From an uncultured Candidatus Cloacimonadota bacterium (GTDB taxonomy: Bacteria; Cloacimonadota; Cloacimonadia; Cloacimonadales; JAJBBL01): a stretch of DNA of 64,000 nt. The DNA lies in contig CAZBDV010000009.1 in the NCBI GenBank assembly GCA_964490765.1, positions 17,777 to 81,776 on the forward strand, written 5' to 3'. The notes beneath the pieces were generated by a model, which was not told the origin of the DNA, searched no databases, and saw only the letters and a program-made list of their open reading frames with translations. Positions 10,227 through 18,764 of the stretch are shown here, one piece after another. Both the position numbers and the translations under genes were made by a program. Each line of letters opens with the position of its first letter. Position 1 is the stretch's first letter.

Positions 10227-11546
10227 TTACATACTGAGGATAAGGTTCTTCTTATATGTCTCGCAAAATTTGCAGTTATGGTAACGACAGTAGTCGTTAT
10301 AGATCTTCAGAATTCCCTGTTGATAGATCGCTTTTTGTCGTATCAACCGCTGTTGGGGAATATTAAGGTATTTCTTGCCGATAAGATCTTCTATATAGTT
10401 TGAGGGTAAGCCTTTGAATTCTCTGTAGATCTCCCAACCCTTGGTCTTCAGTTCCTGATAACCCATCTTTTCACCAAATAGTATCATGATCGGAATGAAA
10501 ACATTGATGAGAATAATATCAAGTCTGTCCTGTCCTATACGATAGAACCTGGGTAGTTTTTCATTATCGAACATACTCTTCATTCGAGCTCTCAACTCTT
10601 TGATGATTTCCGAATTGGTCGAAAAGGCAAAGATATTGATAATTTCATTCAAGAGAGAATCGTTCAAGCTTTCATAGATCAGTTCGACAATTTGCAACAA
10701 TCTGATAACGGGATGGTTGACCGGTCTGAGCCTGAACAGGTTCCATTTTAGTTCGAGTTTTTTCCTGCTGTATTTCTGTTGCTTGTAGTGTTCCTCCCAT
10801 CTCTTACGCTCCTCTTCTCCGACGGTTCCTGGGAGATGTGCAATTAAGCCACTACCGTAAAGCCAGATTGAGAGAAGATCGTCATATCCCATCCCTTCCT
10901 GCTGCCAGCGGGTCAGGTTAACATAGGGATAGTTTATTGCCAGTTGCAGGAAATTATAGCTGTTCTTGTTATAGCCTGCTGCCTCCATTATACCCTGATA
11001 GAGCAATTGATTGAAATCGGAAAAGTAGAGTTCAGCTGCGTATCTTTTGATCTTCTTCTCCATCCGGAGTGTCCCTAGCCTGGTAAGGATCAGAGAGGTG
11101 GTCGGTTCATCCAATCCGGCAAAGAAAGGACAGAAGTCAGGATGATGATCATAGGGGATTTCTTCGTATCTCTTTATGAGTTTGGTTATATCCTCATCAA
11201 GGTAGTTTTTCAATTCCAGTATCTCTATCTGAGATCCGTTCTCTGTTATCGTTAAAGGATACTGGCCATTATGTTCATAGACTATATGAAGTATAACTTT
11301 ATTGTAATTTTCATCTTCATTATGATGATGAGCAATCCAATCGTAAGTACACAAATGGATTTCACCATCACCTCTCACTACATTGCCATCTATCTCGATT
11401 ATCAAATTACGGAAATCGGGGCCAATGTCACTGTTCCACTGCCCCGCATACATAACTAGTATTCTTTTACCACTGACTGTCTCGAGGTTTTTGACCAGAT
11501 GCTGTGCATCCCAGATATGATACAACAGCTTTTCCGAAAACTCCAT
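10227..11546 (-). CDS. DUF2851 family protein
   Basis: The N-terminus (LLYHIWDAQHLVKNLETVSGKRILVMYAGQWNSDIGPDFRN...GDGEIHLCTYDWIAHHH) matches my recollection of the conserved DUF2851 pattern common in FCB-group bacteria. Confidence 0.65.
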   Translation of the reverse strand: MEFSEKLLYHIWDAQHLVKNLETVSGKRILVMYAGQWNSDIGPDFRNLIIEIDGNVVRGDGEIHLCTYDWIAHHHNEDENYNKVILHIVYEHNGQYPLTITENGSQIEILELKNYLDEDITKLIKRYEEIPYDHHPDFCPFFAGLDEPTTSLILTRLGTLRMEKKIKRYAAELYFSDFNQLLYQGIMEAAGYNKNSYNFLQLAINYPYVNLTRWQQEGMGYDDLLSIWLYGSGLIAHLPGTVGEEERKRWEEHYKQQKYSRKKLELKWNLFRLRPVNHPVIRLLQIVELIYESLNDSLLNEIINIFAFSTNSEIIKELRARMKSMFDNEKLPRFYRIGQDRLDIILINVFIPIMILFGEKMGYQELKTKGWEIYREFKGLPSNYIEDLIGKKYLNIPQQRLIRQKAIYQQGILKIYNDYCRYHNCKFCETYKKNLILSM

Positions 11547-11643
11547 TTAACAATCTCCCATCACTTAAAGGAGCAACTCTAACGTCAGTACTCACGATTA
11601 TTTCTCTGATCGTGTTATCGTTTTAATGCTTCTGGTAGGATTC

Positions 11644-11877
11644 TTATTCAGATACTACTGATGTCACTCGACCTTCGGCGATAAACTCCTTTTTGAATTT
11701 CTCAATCTCTTCCCAGGAAATCTCTGGCAGCCAGAATCTCAAGGTTTCATCTGCCTTGTCCGATCTCAGGTCTATTGGAGGTCTTAAGCTGGCCAATTTC
11801 TGACATAACTTGTAAACCTGCTCTTTTGAATTCTCTTTGCTATCTATTTTACTATTCATCTTAACTCCTATATTCAA
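11644..11877 (-). CDS. Hypothetical small protein (77 aa)
   Basis: ORF only. No recognisable motif and no competing ORF on other frames. Confidence 0.35.
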   Translation of the reverse strand: MNIGVKMNSKIDSKENSKEQVYKLCQKLASLRPPIDLRSDKADETLRFWLPEISWEEIEKFKKEFIAEGRVTSVVSE

Positions 11878-12193
11878 GATTGAACGCCTCCTGGTTATGA
11901 AGACTATACAAATCAGATTGTGCTTTACTTACTGCTGTGAGGCTATTAATTGTTCTCAGACCTCTGGCAGAGTTTGATATTCACACCTGTTTCTTTATCT
12001 CTAAACCTGTTGGAAACTCTTCAATCTTAAAAGTATCAGCAACATCTGGCTGCTTTCTGACTCCAATGTAATAAATAGAATCTATTTTGTCAATGCAAAT
12101 AGTATTGCACTGTCAGGATCATTGACTTACTATCAGAAGAGTGGCCTCATATTATCGATATATCTTAAAACTACCTTAGCTGGCATCAATTCA

Positions 12194-12225
12194 GAAAAAA
12201 CGAGGCGGAGATAAACTCCGCCTCG
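12194..12225 (-). terminator. Rho-independent terminator of the serpin gene
   Basis: Perfect 10-bp GC-rich stem cgaggcggag/ctccgcctcg (12201-12210 / 12216-12225) with loop ataaa. A6 at 12195-12200 on the + strand gives a T6 tail on the minus strand, 20 nt after the stop. Confidence 0.85.
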
Positions 12226-12244
12226 CATAAACTACCTATTACTA

Positions 12245-13447
12245 TTAGCTCTCAGGGTTGTATAATGTGCCACTGAAGAGTATAGTCTCTGTTCCAGTAT
12301 CCCGAATGAAGAAAAGGAACGGCCTGTCTGCTTTAAAGACTATCTCCTGCACCGGCTCGGGTATGGAAGTAACCCTCATAACAACAGCTGTAGCTGCTGC
12401 TGCTTCTGTTCCCTCTTCCCCAACCTCGATAAAGGCTTGATGAATGACATCATCGATAAAGAACTCATCGAGCTCTTCTGTCATTCCCGTAAAATCGGCA
12501 TCAGGGGTAAATGCTTCGACCATCCCTAGTATTCCCAGGATATTTCTGAGATTATACCTGGATTCAAAACTGAATCTCGGAAGTTGCAGATGTACTTCTT
12601 CGCTCTCCTTCAATTGCAGAGCTGTGTTGAACTGCTCATAGTCGAAAGTATCGATAAACAGAGAGAGCGGTAATCCCCTGGATGGCAGGAATATATTCAT
12701 AACAAGCTCTCCTCCTTCATACGGGATCTCTATCATTCGATAATCCTCTGCTACATAGTAATCATAAGAGCCCTTCCTCTTCATAAAGTCAGCAGGAACC
12801 CTCTCTTCAGGAGTGGTATTGAAAGCCATTTTCTCTGTCTGGTCCGGATCAAAGGTGTTCTCCCATCCTGCCAGAAAATAGATCGCATTCGTCAGTATCA
12901 ATCTGGTATCAGAAGTTACATCACCCTCTGTTAAGAGATTCTTGATTCTCTCTTCTGTCTTCTCCTCCACCCAACTGTTTATCTTCAACCTGCTCTCTTC
13001 AGGTTGTTGCATAAAGTTGAGTCTGTTATCACCTGCACCGTAGTAACGATCAGCCAGATTGATAAAGTCACGCTTCAAGTTTGCAGCTTCATCTATCCAG
13101 AGAGCATTGGCAATATTGAGTTTTATTTCCCCTTCCTGCCGTTTTTCCAATTCTCTATTCAATTCAAAAAAAGAAGGGTGTAAGATCCTCTGTTCTTCCG
13201 GGAAGTGAAGCACTTCAGCCATCTCCACTTCTGTACTACTTCGTGCACCGGCATAGGTCATTGCCAGGGCGGAAGAGATAGAGAAAGGGGAAAAGAATGT
13301 ATTCTCGACCTCAGTCAAAGGAAGAAAATCAAATGTAAATTGGTTAACACTGTGTGATACCATCTCGGTAGATACGTTGAATGATTCATCCGAAACAGTG
13401 CAACTGGCAATGATAATGGCCATAATCAATAAACTGATAAGTCTCAT
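12245..13447 (-). CDS. Serpin (serine protease inhibitor) lipoprotein
   Basis: Lipobox-like N-terminus (LLIMAIIIASC). Serpin hinge and reactive-centre loop EEGTEAAAATAVVMRVTSIPEP, followed by FKADRPFLFFIRD. Confidence 0.9.
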   Translation of the reverse strand: MRLISLLIMAIIIASCTVSDESFNVSTEMVSHSVNQFTFDFLPLTEVENTFFSPFSISSALAMTYAGARSSTEVEMAEVLHFPEEQRILHPSFFELNRELEKRQEGEIKLNIANALWIDEAANLKRDFINLADRYYGAGDNRLNFMQQPEESRLKINSWVEEKTEERIKNLLTEGDVTSDTRLILTNAIYFLAGWENTFDPDQTEKMAFNTTPEERVPADFMKRKGSYDYYVAEDYRMIEIPYEGGELVMNIFLPSRGLPLSLFIDTFDYEQFNTALQLKESEEVHLQLPRFSFESRYNLRNILGILGMVEAFTPDADFTGMTEELDEFFIDDVIHQAFIEVGEEGTEAAAATAVVMRVTSIPEPVQEIVFKADRPFLFFIRDTGTETILFSGTLYNPES

Positions 13448-13507
13448 AACTATACTCCTTGTCTGTTAATTTTTTAACACTGATATTAATCCGTTCTATA
13501 AGATCTT

Positions 13508-14005
13508 TCAATCTTCTATCACTTTTTTGATAAATGAATTGGTTTCAGGAACTCTTGTGAAGAGATAACGATAATTAACCTCAGGATCAATCGTAATCAT
13601 CTCCTGCCGCAGTTTACTGTCAACATTAGATTCACCCCAGTTATACGCTGCCAGGGCAAGAGATGTATTACCACGATACTTACTCAAAAGGTATTTGAAG
13701 TAACGGGCGGAGATATCTAGATTAGCAGGAGGGAACCACAGTGAGCCCTGAATATAACTCTCAGTGATGTACTTAGCTGTTCTAACCTGAACCTGCCCTA
13801 AGCCTATTGCTTTGTTACGTGAATATGCTAAAGTCCGGAAAGAACTTTCAGCGGCAATCATTTTGTAGAAGAGATCGGTATCAATTCCGTGAATGAGAGC
13901 TGTAATCAGGGTCATCAGTCTTGCTGAGAGTGGATTATAGATCACTATAAGTACTACCAGCAACCAGAAAATCCAGAACGTTAACTTCTTCTTTTTTTTC
14001 ATCAA
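13508..14005 (-). CDS. Lytic transglycosylase (SLT domain), membrane-anchored
   Basis: N-terminal TM helix. SLT catalytic motif AESSF, then AIGLGQV and AAYNWG. Confidence 0.85.
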   Translation of the reverse strand: MMKKKKKLTFWIFWLLVVLIVIYNPLSARLMTLITALIHGIDTDLFYKMIAAESSFRTLAYSRNKAIGLGQVQVRTAKYITESYIQGSLWFPPANLDISARYFKYLLSKYRGNTSLALAAYNWGESNVDSKLRQEMITIDPEVNYRYLFTRVPETNSFIKKVIED

Positions 14006-14649
14006 CCGAGCTTTCTTCTCACGTGGAAGAGATTCTGTTTGAATTTACGGTTCTCAGGTTCCAGTTGATATGCTTTTTGAAAGTATGTAAGTGCTTTTTT
14101 AGGCTCTTTTTTCAACATCAGGTAGAATGTGCCGATATTGTTCTGGATATAGGGATTCTCGGGATCGAGTTTTTCTGCTTTAAGGAGAAGTTCCAGAGCT
14201 CTATCATGCTCTTTGCTCTCAAGAAGAACCTGTGCTTCGTTAAGTAACTCCTTAGCTCTTATATAATTCTCACGCTTACTCGGATCTTCCAGTCTCTGGA
14301 AATATTTTTTGTAATTCTGGTTAGCAGGATACAACCTCACCAGATTGGCCATTAATTCTCGGGATTTCTCCCACTCTCTTCTCTGCATATACAGCTCCAC
14401 CAGCGTCAGTGTAGCGAGTTCATTTCCAGGGTATGCTGAGAGAATCTTTTCCAGATAACTTTCTGCTTCCTCATAACGTTTCAAAGTTAGAAGGCAGAGA
14501 GCAAAATTATAGATATTTGAGGGACTGTCTTCGAGCATAAGCGCTTTCTCAAGATAGGGGTATGCCTTATCTATCTTACCTCTGAGGAGCAGCTTCTGCC
14601 CCTTTCTGCGATAATAGTTCATACGAAAATTCTCTATCAGGGATACCAT
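14002..14649 (-). CDS. Tetratricopeptide repeat protein
   Basis: Repeated TPR-like 34-aa helical units (A..Y..ALxL.P). Its stop overlaps the SLT start by 4 nt. Confidence 0.75.
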   Translation of the reverse strand: MVSLIENFRMNYYRRKGQKLLLRGKIDKAYPYLEKALMLEDSPSNIYNFALCLLTLKRYEEAESYLEKILSAYPGNELATLTLVELYMQRREWEKSRELMANLVRLYPANQNYKKYFQRLEDPSKRENYIRAKELLNEAQVLLESKEHDRALELLLKAEKLDPENPYIQNNIGTFYLMLKKEPKKALTYFQKAYQLEPENRKFKQNLFHVRRKLG

Positions 14650-14711
14650 ATTTACCTCATAATGTTCGCTTAAAGATCAGTAAGATTTTTCAACCCTGCA
14701 ACATAAGCGAA

Positions 14712-15941
14712 CTATTCCATATCATTTTTTCTAACAGTTTTTCTCAACATATTCAGTAGATAGTAAGCTGCCCTCTCTCTCACACCATTTCTATTACCCT
14801 GAAACAAAATGGTAGCAGTTTCCACCGTTCCTCTGTAAGAGATAGCAAAAGAGACGGTTCCGACCGGTTTGCTTTCTGTCCCACCTTCTGGCCCGGCTAT
14901 ACCGGTAACTGAGATCCCGAGATCTGTCTCAAATACTCTACTGACACCAGTAGCCATTTCCCCTGCTGTTTCTTCACTAACAGCACCGAAATCTCTCAGG
15001 GTGGTTTCACTCACACCCAGTAGTTCTAATTTGGCCCGGTTACTGTAGGCAACTATACCCCCCTGAAAATAGTCAGAAGCACCCGGAACATCAGTCAACA
15101 TTTTCTGTATAAGACCACCGGTACAAGATTCGGCTACCGCCAGCGACAGTCTTTTCTGCTTCATCAATCTCTGTATCAAATCAGGAAGCGTGTCTTCGTC
15201 AACACCCCAGACAAAAGGGGCCACCTTTTCCCGGAGAAGGTCATACAAACTATCAACAGATACCCTGTCCCAACCTGAAATTAGAAGATCAATCGTTCCA
15301 GTCATTGGGATAAAAGCGAGATCTATCTCTTCATTAATTTCTATATCACAGATCAGTTCTGCCAGCTTCGATTCCGGGATATCAATAGTATGTATTCTCC
15401 GGACCTGCAGCGGTGAAAAGCCGTATCTTTCTATTAAGATCGGTTTGATAGTCTCGTTAAACAAGCCGCGCATTTCCATAGGAACTCCGGGCAGCAAGAT
15501 AATCAGAACATCACCCTGTTCGTAGAGAAGAGCCGGTGCTGTTCCCAGCACATTCTTCAAGGAAACAAAACCTTCCGGAACCTCAGCCTGGCAACTGTTT
15601 ATCTTCGGTGGTTCCATTCCTCTTTGTGCGAATCTTAAGGTGATATTCTCCCAGATCTCTTCATCAAAAAATAAACGCTTATCTAATAGAGCTGCAATAC
15701 TCCTCTTTGTCACATCATCACCGGTTGGGCCTAAACCACCTGTAGTGATGATTAAATCGAACTTCTCCAGACAGTGTTTAACAACATCGGCAATCTCCTG
15801 TTCATTGTCTCTGACAACAGCAGAATAGCTGAGGGGAAGCCCCAGTTTTGCCAGTTCCTGGCCGAGAAAGGCCAGATTGCTATTCAGGGTATTACCTGCC
15901 AGTAGTTCATTACCTATACAGATCAAGGCACTCTTTTTCAT
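14712..15941 (-). CDS. cinA: CinA family protein (MoCF-binding domain plus nicotinamide-nucleotide amidase domain)
   Basis: N-terminus MKKSALICIGNELLAGNTLNSN...TTGGLGPTGDD. C-terminal PncC-like domain LAVAESCTGGL...ISVTGIAGPEGG. Confidence 0.9.
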   Translation of the reverse strand: MKKSALICIGNELLAGNTLNSNLAFLGQELAKLGLPLSYSAVVRDNEQEIADVVKHCLEKFDLIITTGGLGPTGDDVTKRSIAALLDKRLFFDEEIWENITLRFAQRGMEPPKINSCQAEVPEGFVSLKNVLGTAPALLYEQGDVLIILLPGVPMEMRGLFNETIKPILIERYGFSPLQVRRIHTIDIPESKLAELICDIEINEEIDLAFIPMTGTIDLLISGWDRVSVDSLYDLLREKVAPFVWGVDEDTLPDLIQRLMKQKRLSLAVAESCTGGLIQKMLTDVPGASDYFQGGIVAYSNRAKLELLGVSETTLRDFGAVSEETAGEMATGVSRVFETDLGISVTGIAGPEGGTESKPVGTVSFAISYRGTVETATILFQGNRNGVRERAAYYLLNMLRKTVRKNDME

Positions 15942-16014
15942 TAGAAATTCTCAATCAGAGAGACAAAACAGAGCGGAAAAAAACACACGCGACTATCATG
16001 TTTTTCAGCAGAGA

Positions 16015-16389
16015 TCACTCTTTAGTCTTTTTTTTGATCTTTTTCTCTGACCATTTAAGTGGTCTTTTGTTATGAAAAACCTTCTCTGTTTTTCTTTCCT
16101 CATCGTATTCTTCCTCTCTGCTGTCTTTCCCGCCACGGTCTGATTGCCTCTCATCAGAACGCTTAAAATCATCTCTATGATAAGATATGGTGTAATACCG
16201 GTCTCCAAAGGCAACATTGTCTCCAGCCCTCAGTAACCTTCTCCTTGCATATTCCTTCTCGCCATTTACCCATATCTTCCCATCTTTGATCATAAAACGG
16301 ATCTGCTGATAGTCTTCATGTGCAGAAACAGCCTTCAGAAAAGATTCAAGAGTAATCACATCATCATACTTGTTCAATCTGAATCGCAT
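16015..16389 (-). CDS. S4-domain RNA-binding protein with basic C-terminal tail
   Basis: S4-like segment (ITLESFLKAVSAHEDYQQIRFMIKDGKIWVNGEKEYARRRLLRAGDNV), then a Lys/Arg/Glu-rich tail. Confidence 0.6.
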   Translation of the reverse strand: MRFRLNKYDDVITLESFLKAVSAHEDYQQIRFMIKDGKIWVNGEKEYARRRLLRAGDNVAFGDRYYTISYHRDDFKRSDERQSDRGGKDSREEEYDEERKTEKVFHNKRPLKWSEKKIKKKTKE

Positions 16390-16443
16390 ATCTTATCCTG
16401 CCTGTTTTTGTAATGTTATAATCAGTTATGATTTATCTCCCTA

Positions 16444-17967
16444 TCAGTAATTCTTGGCAAAATAAACCCTCTGGCTGCTCTTTTTGCCACAGAGGATGCA
16501 AGCACCCTCTTCCCGGCCGTCATCCAGTGGGATACAGCGTATCGTAACCTTTAAATCATCTTTGATTTTCTCTTCACATTCATTTTCACCACACCAATGT
16601 GAAAAGGCGAAGCCACCATGTATTTCAGGTTTTTCTTCGTTTTTCGGTGTGAAGAAACGATAAAATTCCTCTTTATCATCGATCTTTACAGTGTATTTAT
16701 TGCGGAAAGCCAGAGCTCGGTTGTATATATCTTCCTGAATCTCATCGAGATAAGTGAGTATATTTGCGACAAACAGTTCTCTGGAAACTGAGACCTTATC
16801 TCTGGGTGGCCTGTTTCGCCGCCCCATGAAAACAGCACTGTTTTTGACATCGCGTGGACCGATCTCCAGTCTGATGGGGATTCCCTTCTTGACCCAATCC
16901 CAGTTCTTCTCACCACCGTTCATATCACGAGTATCATATTCTACCAGAAGTTTTCTCTCATGATATCTCAGATCATGCAAATCTTGGAGTAAATCCTGTA
17001 TATAGTTATCCACCAGCACCCTATCTTCCTCACTACGATATATGGGGATGATAGCAATATGGGCGGGAGCAATTCTCGGCGGAAGCAGGAGGCCGTCATC
17101 ATCGCTATGTGCCATGATCAATGCCCCTATCATACGGGTAGATACTCCCCAGGAAGTTGTCCAGGCATACTCTTCCCGTCCTTCATTATTCTGGAATTTT
17201 ATATTCGACGAACGGGCAAAGTTCTGTCCCAGGAAGTGGGAAGTTCCTGATTGTAAAGCCTTTCTATCCTGCATCATTGCCTCGATACAGAAGGTCTGCA
17301 CAGCACCCGGAAATCTCTCACCTGCTGTTTTTTCCCCTTTTATTACCGGAATCGCTAAATATTGTTCTGCAAATTCCGCATAGACATCGAGCATTCTGTA
17401 GGTCTCTTCTTCAGCCTCTGCTCTGGTAGCATGTACTGTATGTCCCTCCTGCCAGAGAAACTCAGTAGTCCGAAGAAAGAGTCTGGTGCGAAGCTCCCAT
17501 CTAACCACATTCGCCCATTGATTGATCAGGAGCGGTAGATCCCGATAGGAACTGATCCAGCGACTGAAAGAGGCACCAATAATGGTCTCGCTCGTTGGTC
17601 GGACTATCAACGGTTCGGTTAACTCACCGGCAGCTTTCAACCCACCTTTGCCATCGTCTTCAAGACGGCTGTGCGTTACCACGGCACACTCTTTAGCAAA
17701 CCCCTCGACGTGTTCAGCCTCTTTCTCGAAAAAACTCTTCGGAATGAAGATCGGAAAATAAGCATTTCGATGCCCTGTTTCCTTAAACATATCATCCAGA
17801 TTGCGCTGAATATTTTCCCAGATAGCATAACCCCACGGCTTAATAACCATACAACCACGAACATCGCTGGTCTCTGCAAGATCTGCTGCCCTGATTACCT
17901 GCTGATACCATTGAGGATAGTCCTCCTCTCGTGTAGGTGTTATTGCACTCCTTACCTTATCTGACAT
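16444..17967 (-). CDS. proS: Proline--tRNA ligase, archaeal/eukaryal type
   Basis: 507 aa with class II aaRS motifs (FRDE-like RWELRTRLFLRTTEFLWQEGHT; GTSHFLGQNF). C-terminal Cys-rich module ending in Tyr (...VYFAKNY), typical of the archaeal-type ProRS. Confidence 0.9.
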   Translation of the reverse strand: MSDKVRSAITPTREEDYPQWYQQVIRAADLAETSDVRGCMVIKPWGYAIWENIQRNLDDMFKETGHRNAYFPIFIPKSFFEKEAEHVEGFAKECAVVTHSRLEDDGKGGLKAAGELTEPLIVRPTSETIIGASFSRWISSYRDLPLLINQWANVVRWELRTRLFLRTTEFLWQEGHTVHATRAEAEEETYRMLDVYAEFAEQYLAIPVIKGEKTAGERFPGAVQTFCIEAMMQDRKALQSGTSHFLGQNFARSSNIKFQNNEGREEYAWTTSWGVSTRMIGALIMAHSDDDGLLLPPRIAPAHIAIIPIYRSEEDRVLVDNYIQDLLQDLHDLRYHERKLLVEYDTRDMNGGEKNWDWVKKGIPIRLEIGPRDVKNSAVFMGRRNRPPRDKVSVSRELFVANILTYLDEIQEDIYNRALAFRNKYTVKIDDKEEFYRFFTPKNEEKPEIHGGFAFSHWCGENECEEKIKDDLKVTIRCIPLDDGREEGACILCGKKSSQRVYFAKNY

Positions 17968-18212
17968 CCTTTTCTGTCTCCTTATTCGCTCATAGTTATT
18001 AAATTCGTTAAGATGGAAATGATTTCTCAGAAGGCTTAATTGTCAATGTTTTTACCCGAGAAATACACTAAACGGTTGAGATCCCCTCGACTGGTCAATT
18101 ATATTGGTTTCTTAGCTGATTACCGTAATTTTTCTGACTTGAATCCCAGGAGGGGAACAGGAGCCCTATCTATATTATTAATGGAATAATTAGCCAGGGC
18201 CGAAGTAATGAG

Positions 18213-18231
18213 AATGAGAATTATTCTCATT
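18213..18231 (+). promoter_or_regulatory. Fur-box-like 19-bp inverted repeat upstream of fur-feoB
   Basis: AATGAGAA-TTA-TTCTCATT has perfect 8-bp arms. It sits inside hexamer-like repeats (taATGAGAATGAGAATTATTCTCATt). A TTGACA hexamer follows immediately at 18238-18243, 72 nt before the fur ATG. Confidence 0.55.
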
Positions 18232-18302
18232 TAGTCCTTGACAGCTAAAGCTTCCTGAAAAAACTACGCAGTTATGAACTCGCAAACAAATAGGAGAAAA
18301 AA

Positions 18303-18764
18303 ATGGCGGAGTATAGAAATGTTTTCATAAGGTATTTACGCTCACAGGGATTGAAAATGACACGTTCCCGTGAGGCCATAATGGACGCAGTATTTGCAAC
18401 CCATTCGCATTTCGATGTAGAAGATATATATCAACATCTCTGCAAAGCGAGGAAACTTGTTTCCCGGGCAACGATATATCGAACTATCCCCTATCTTCTA
18501 GCTGCTGGTCTTATCAGAAGGTCGATGTGTCAGGATCACAAAGAGGAGTATGAACATATTTATGGTCATCCCAGACATCTACATCTTTTATGTATATCTT
18601 GCGGTAAGATATTGGAACAAGCCGATAATGATTTAGAGAAGATTCTGTTCCGGATAGCGAGAAATAATGGTTTTACTTTAGAGGATTATGTAGTGAGTCT
18701 TAAGGGACTCTGTTCAGACTGCCGGAGAGATTCGAACCAGGACAAAGATAAAGGGATGCAATGA
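18303..18764 (+). CDS. fur: Fur family transcriptional regulator
   Basis: Winged-helix region (SRATIYRTIPYLLAAGLI) and metal-site motifs HxH...H, CISCGK and CSDC. Confidence 0.85.
   Translation: MAEYRNVFIRYLRSQGLKMTRSREAIMDAVFATHSHFDVEDIYQHLCKARKLVSRATIYRTIPYLLAAGLIRRSMCQDHKEEYEHIYGHPRHLHLLCISCGKILEQADNDLEKILFRIARNNGFTLEDYVVSLKGLCSDCRRDSNQDKDKGMQ

Noticed and set aside
11897-11977. 26-codon Cys-rich mini-ORF (MKTIQIRLCFTYCCEAINCSQTSGRV) in the 367-nt gap upstream of the serpin terminator
   Set aside because: It has no Shine-Dalgarno sequence; the upstream sequence is CCTCC, which is anti-SD-like. It has no partner modification genes nearby. Most likely a chance ORF.
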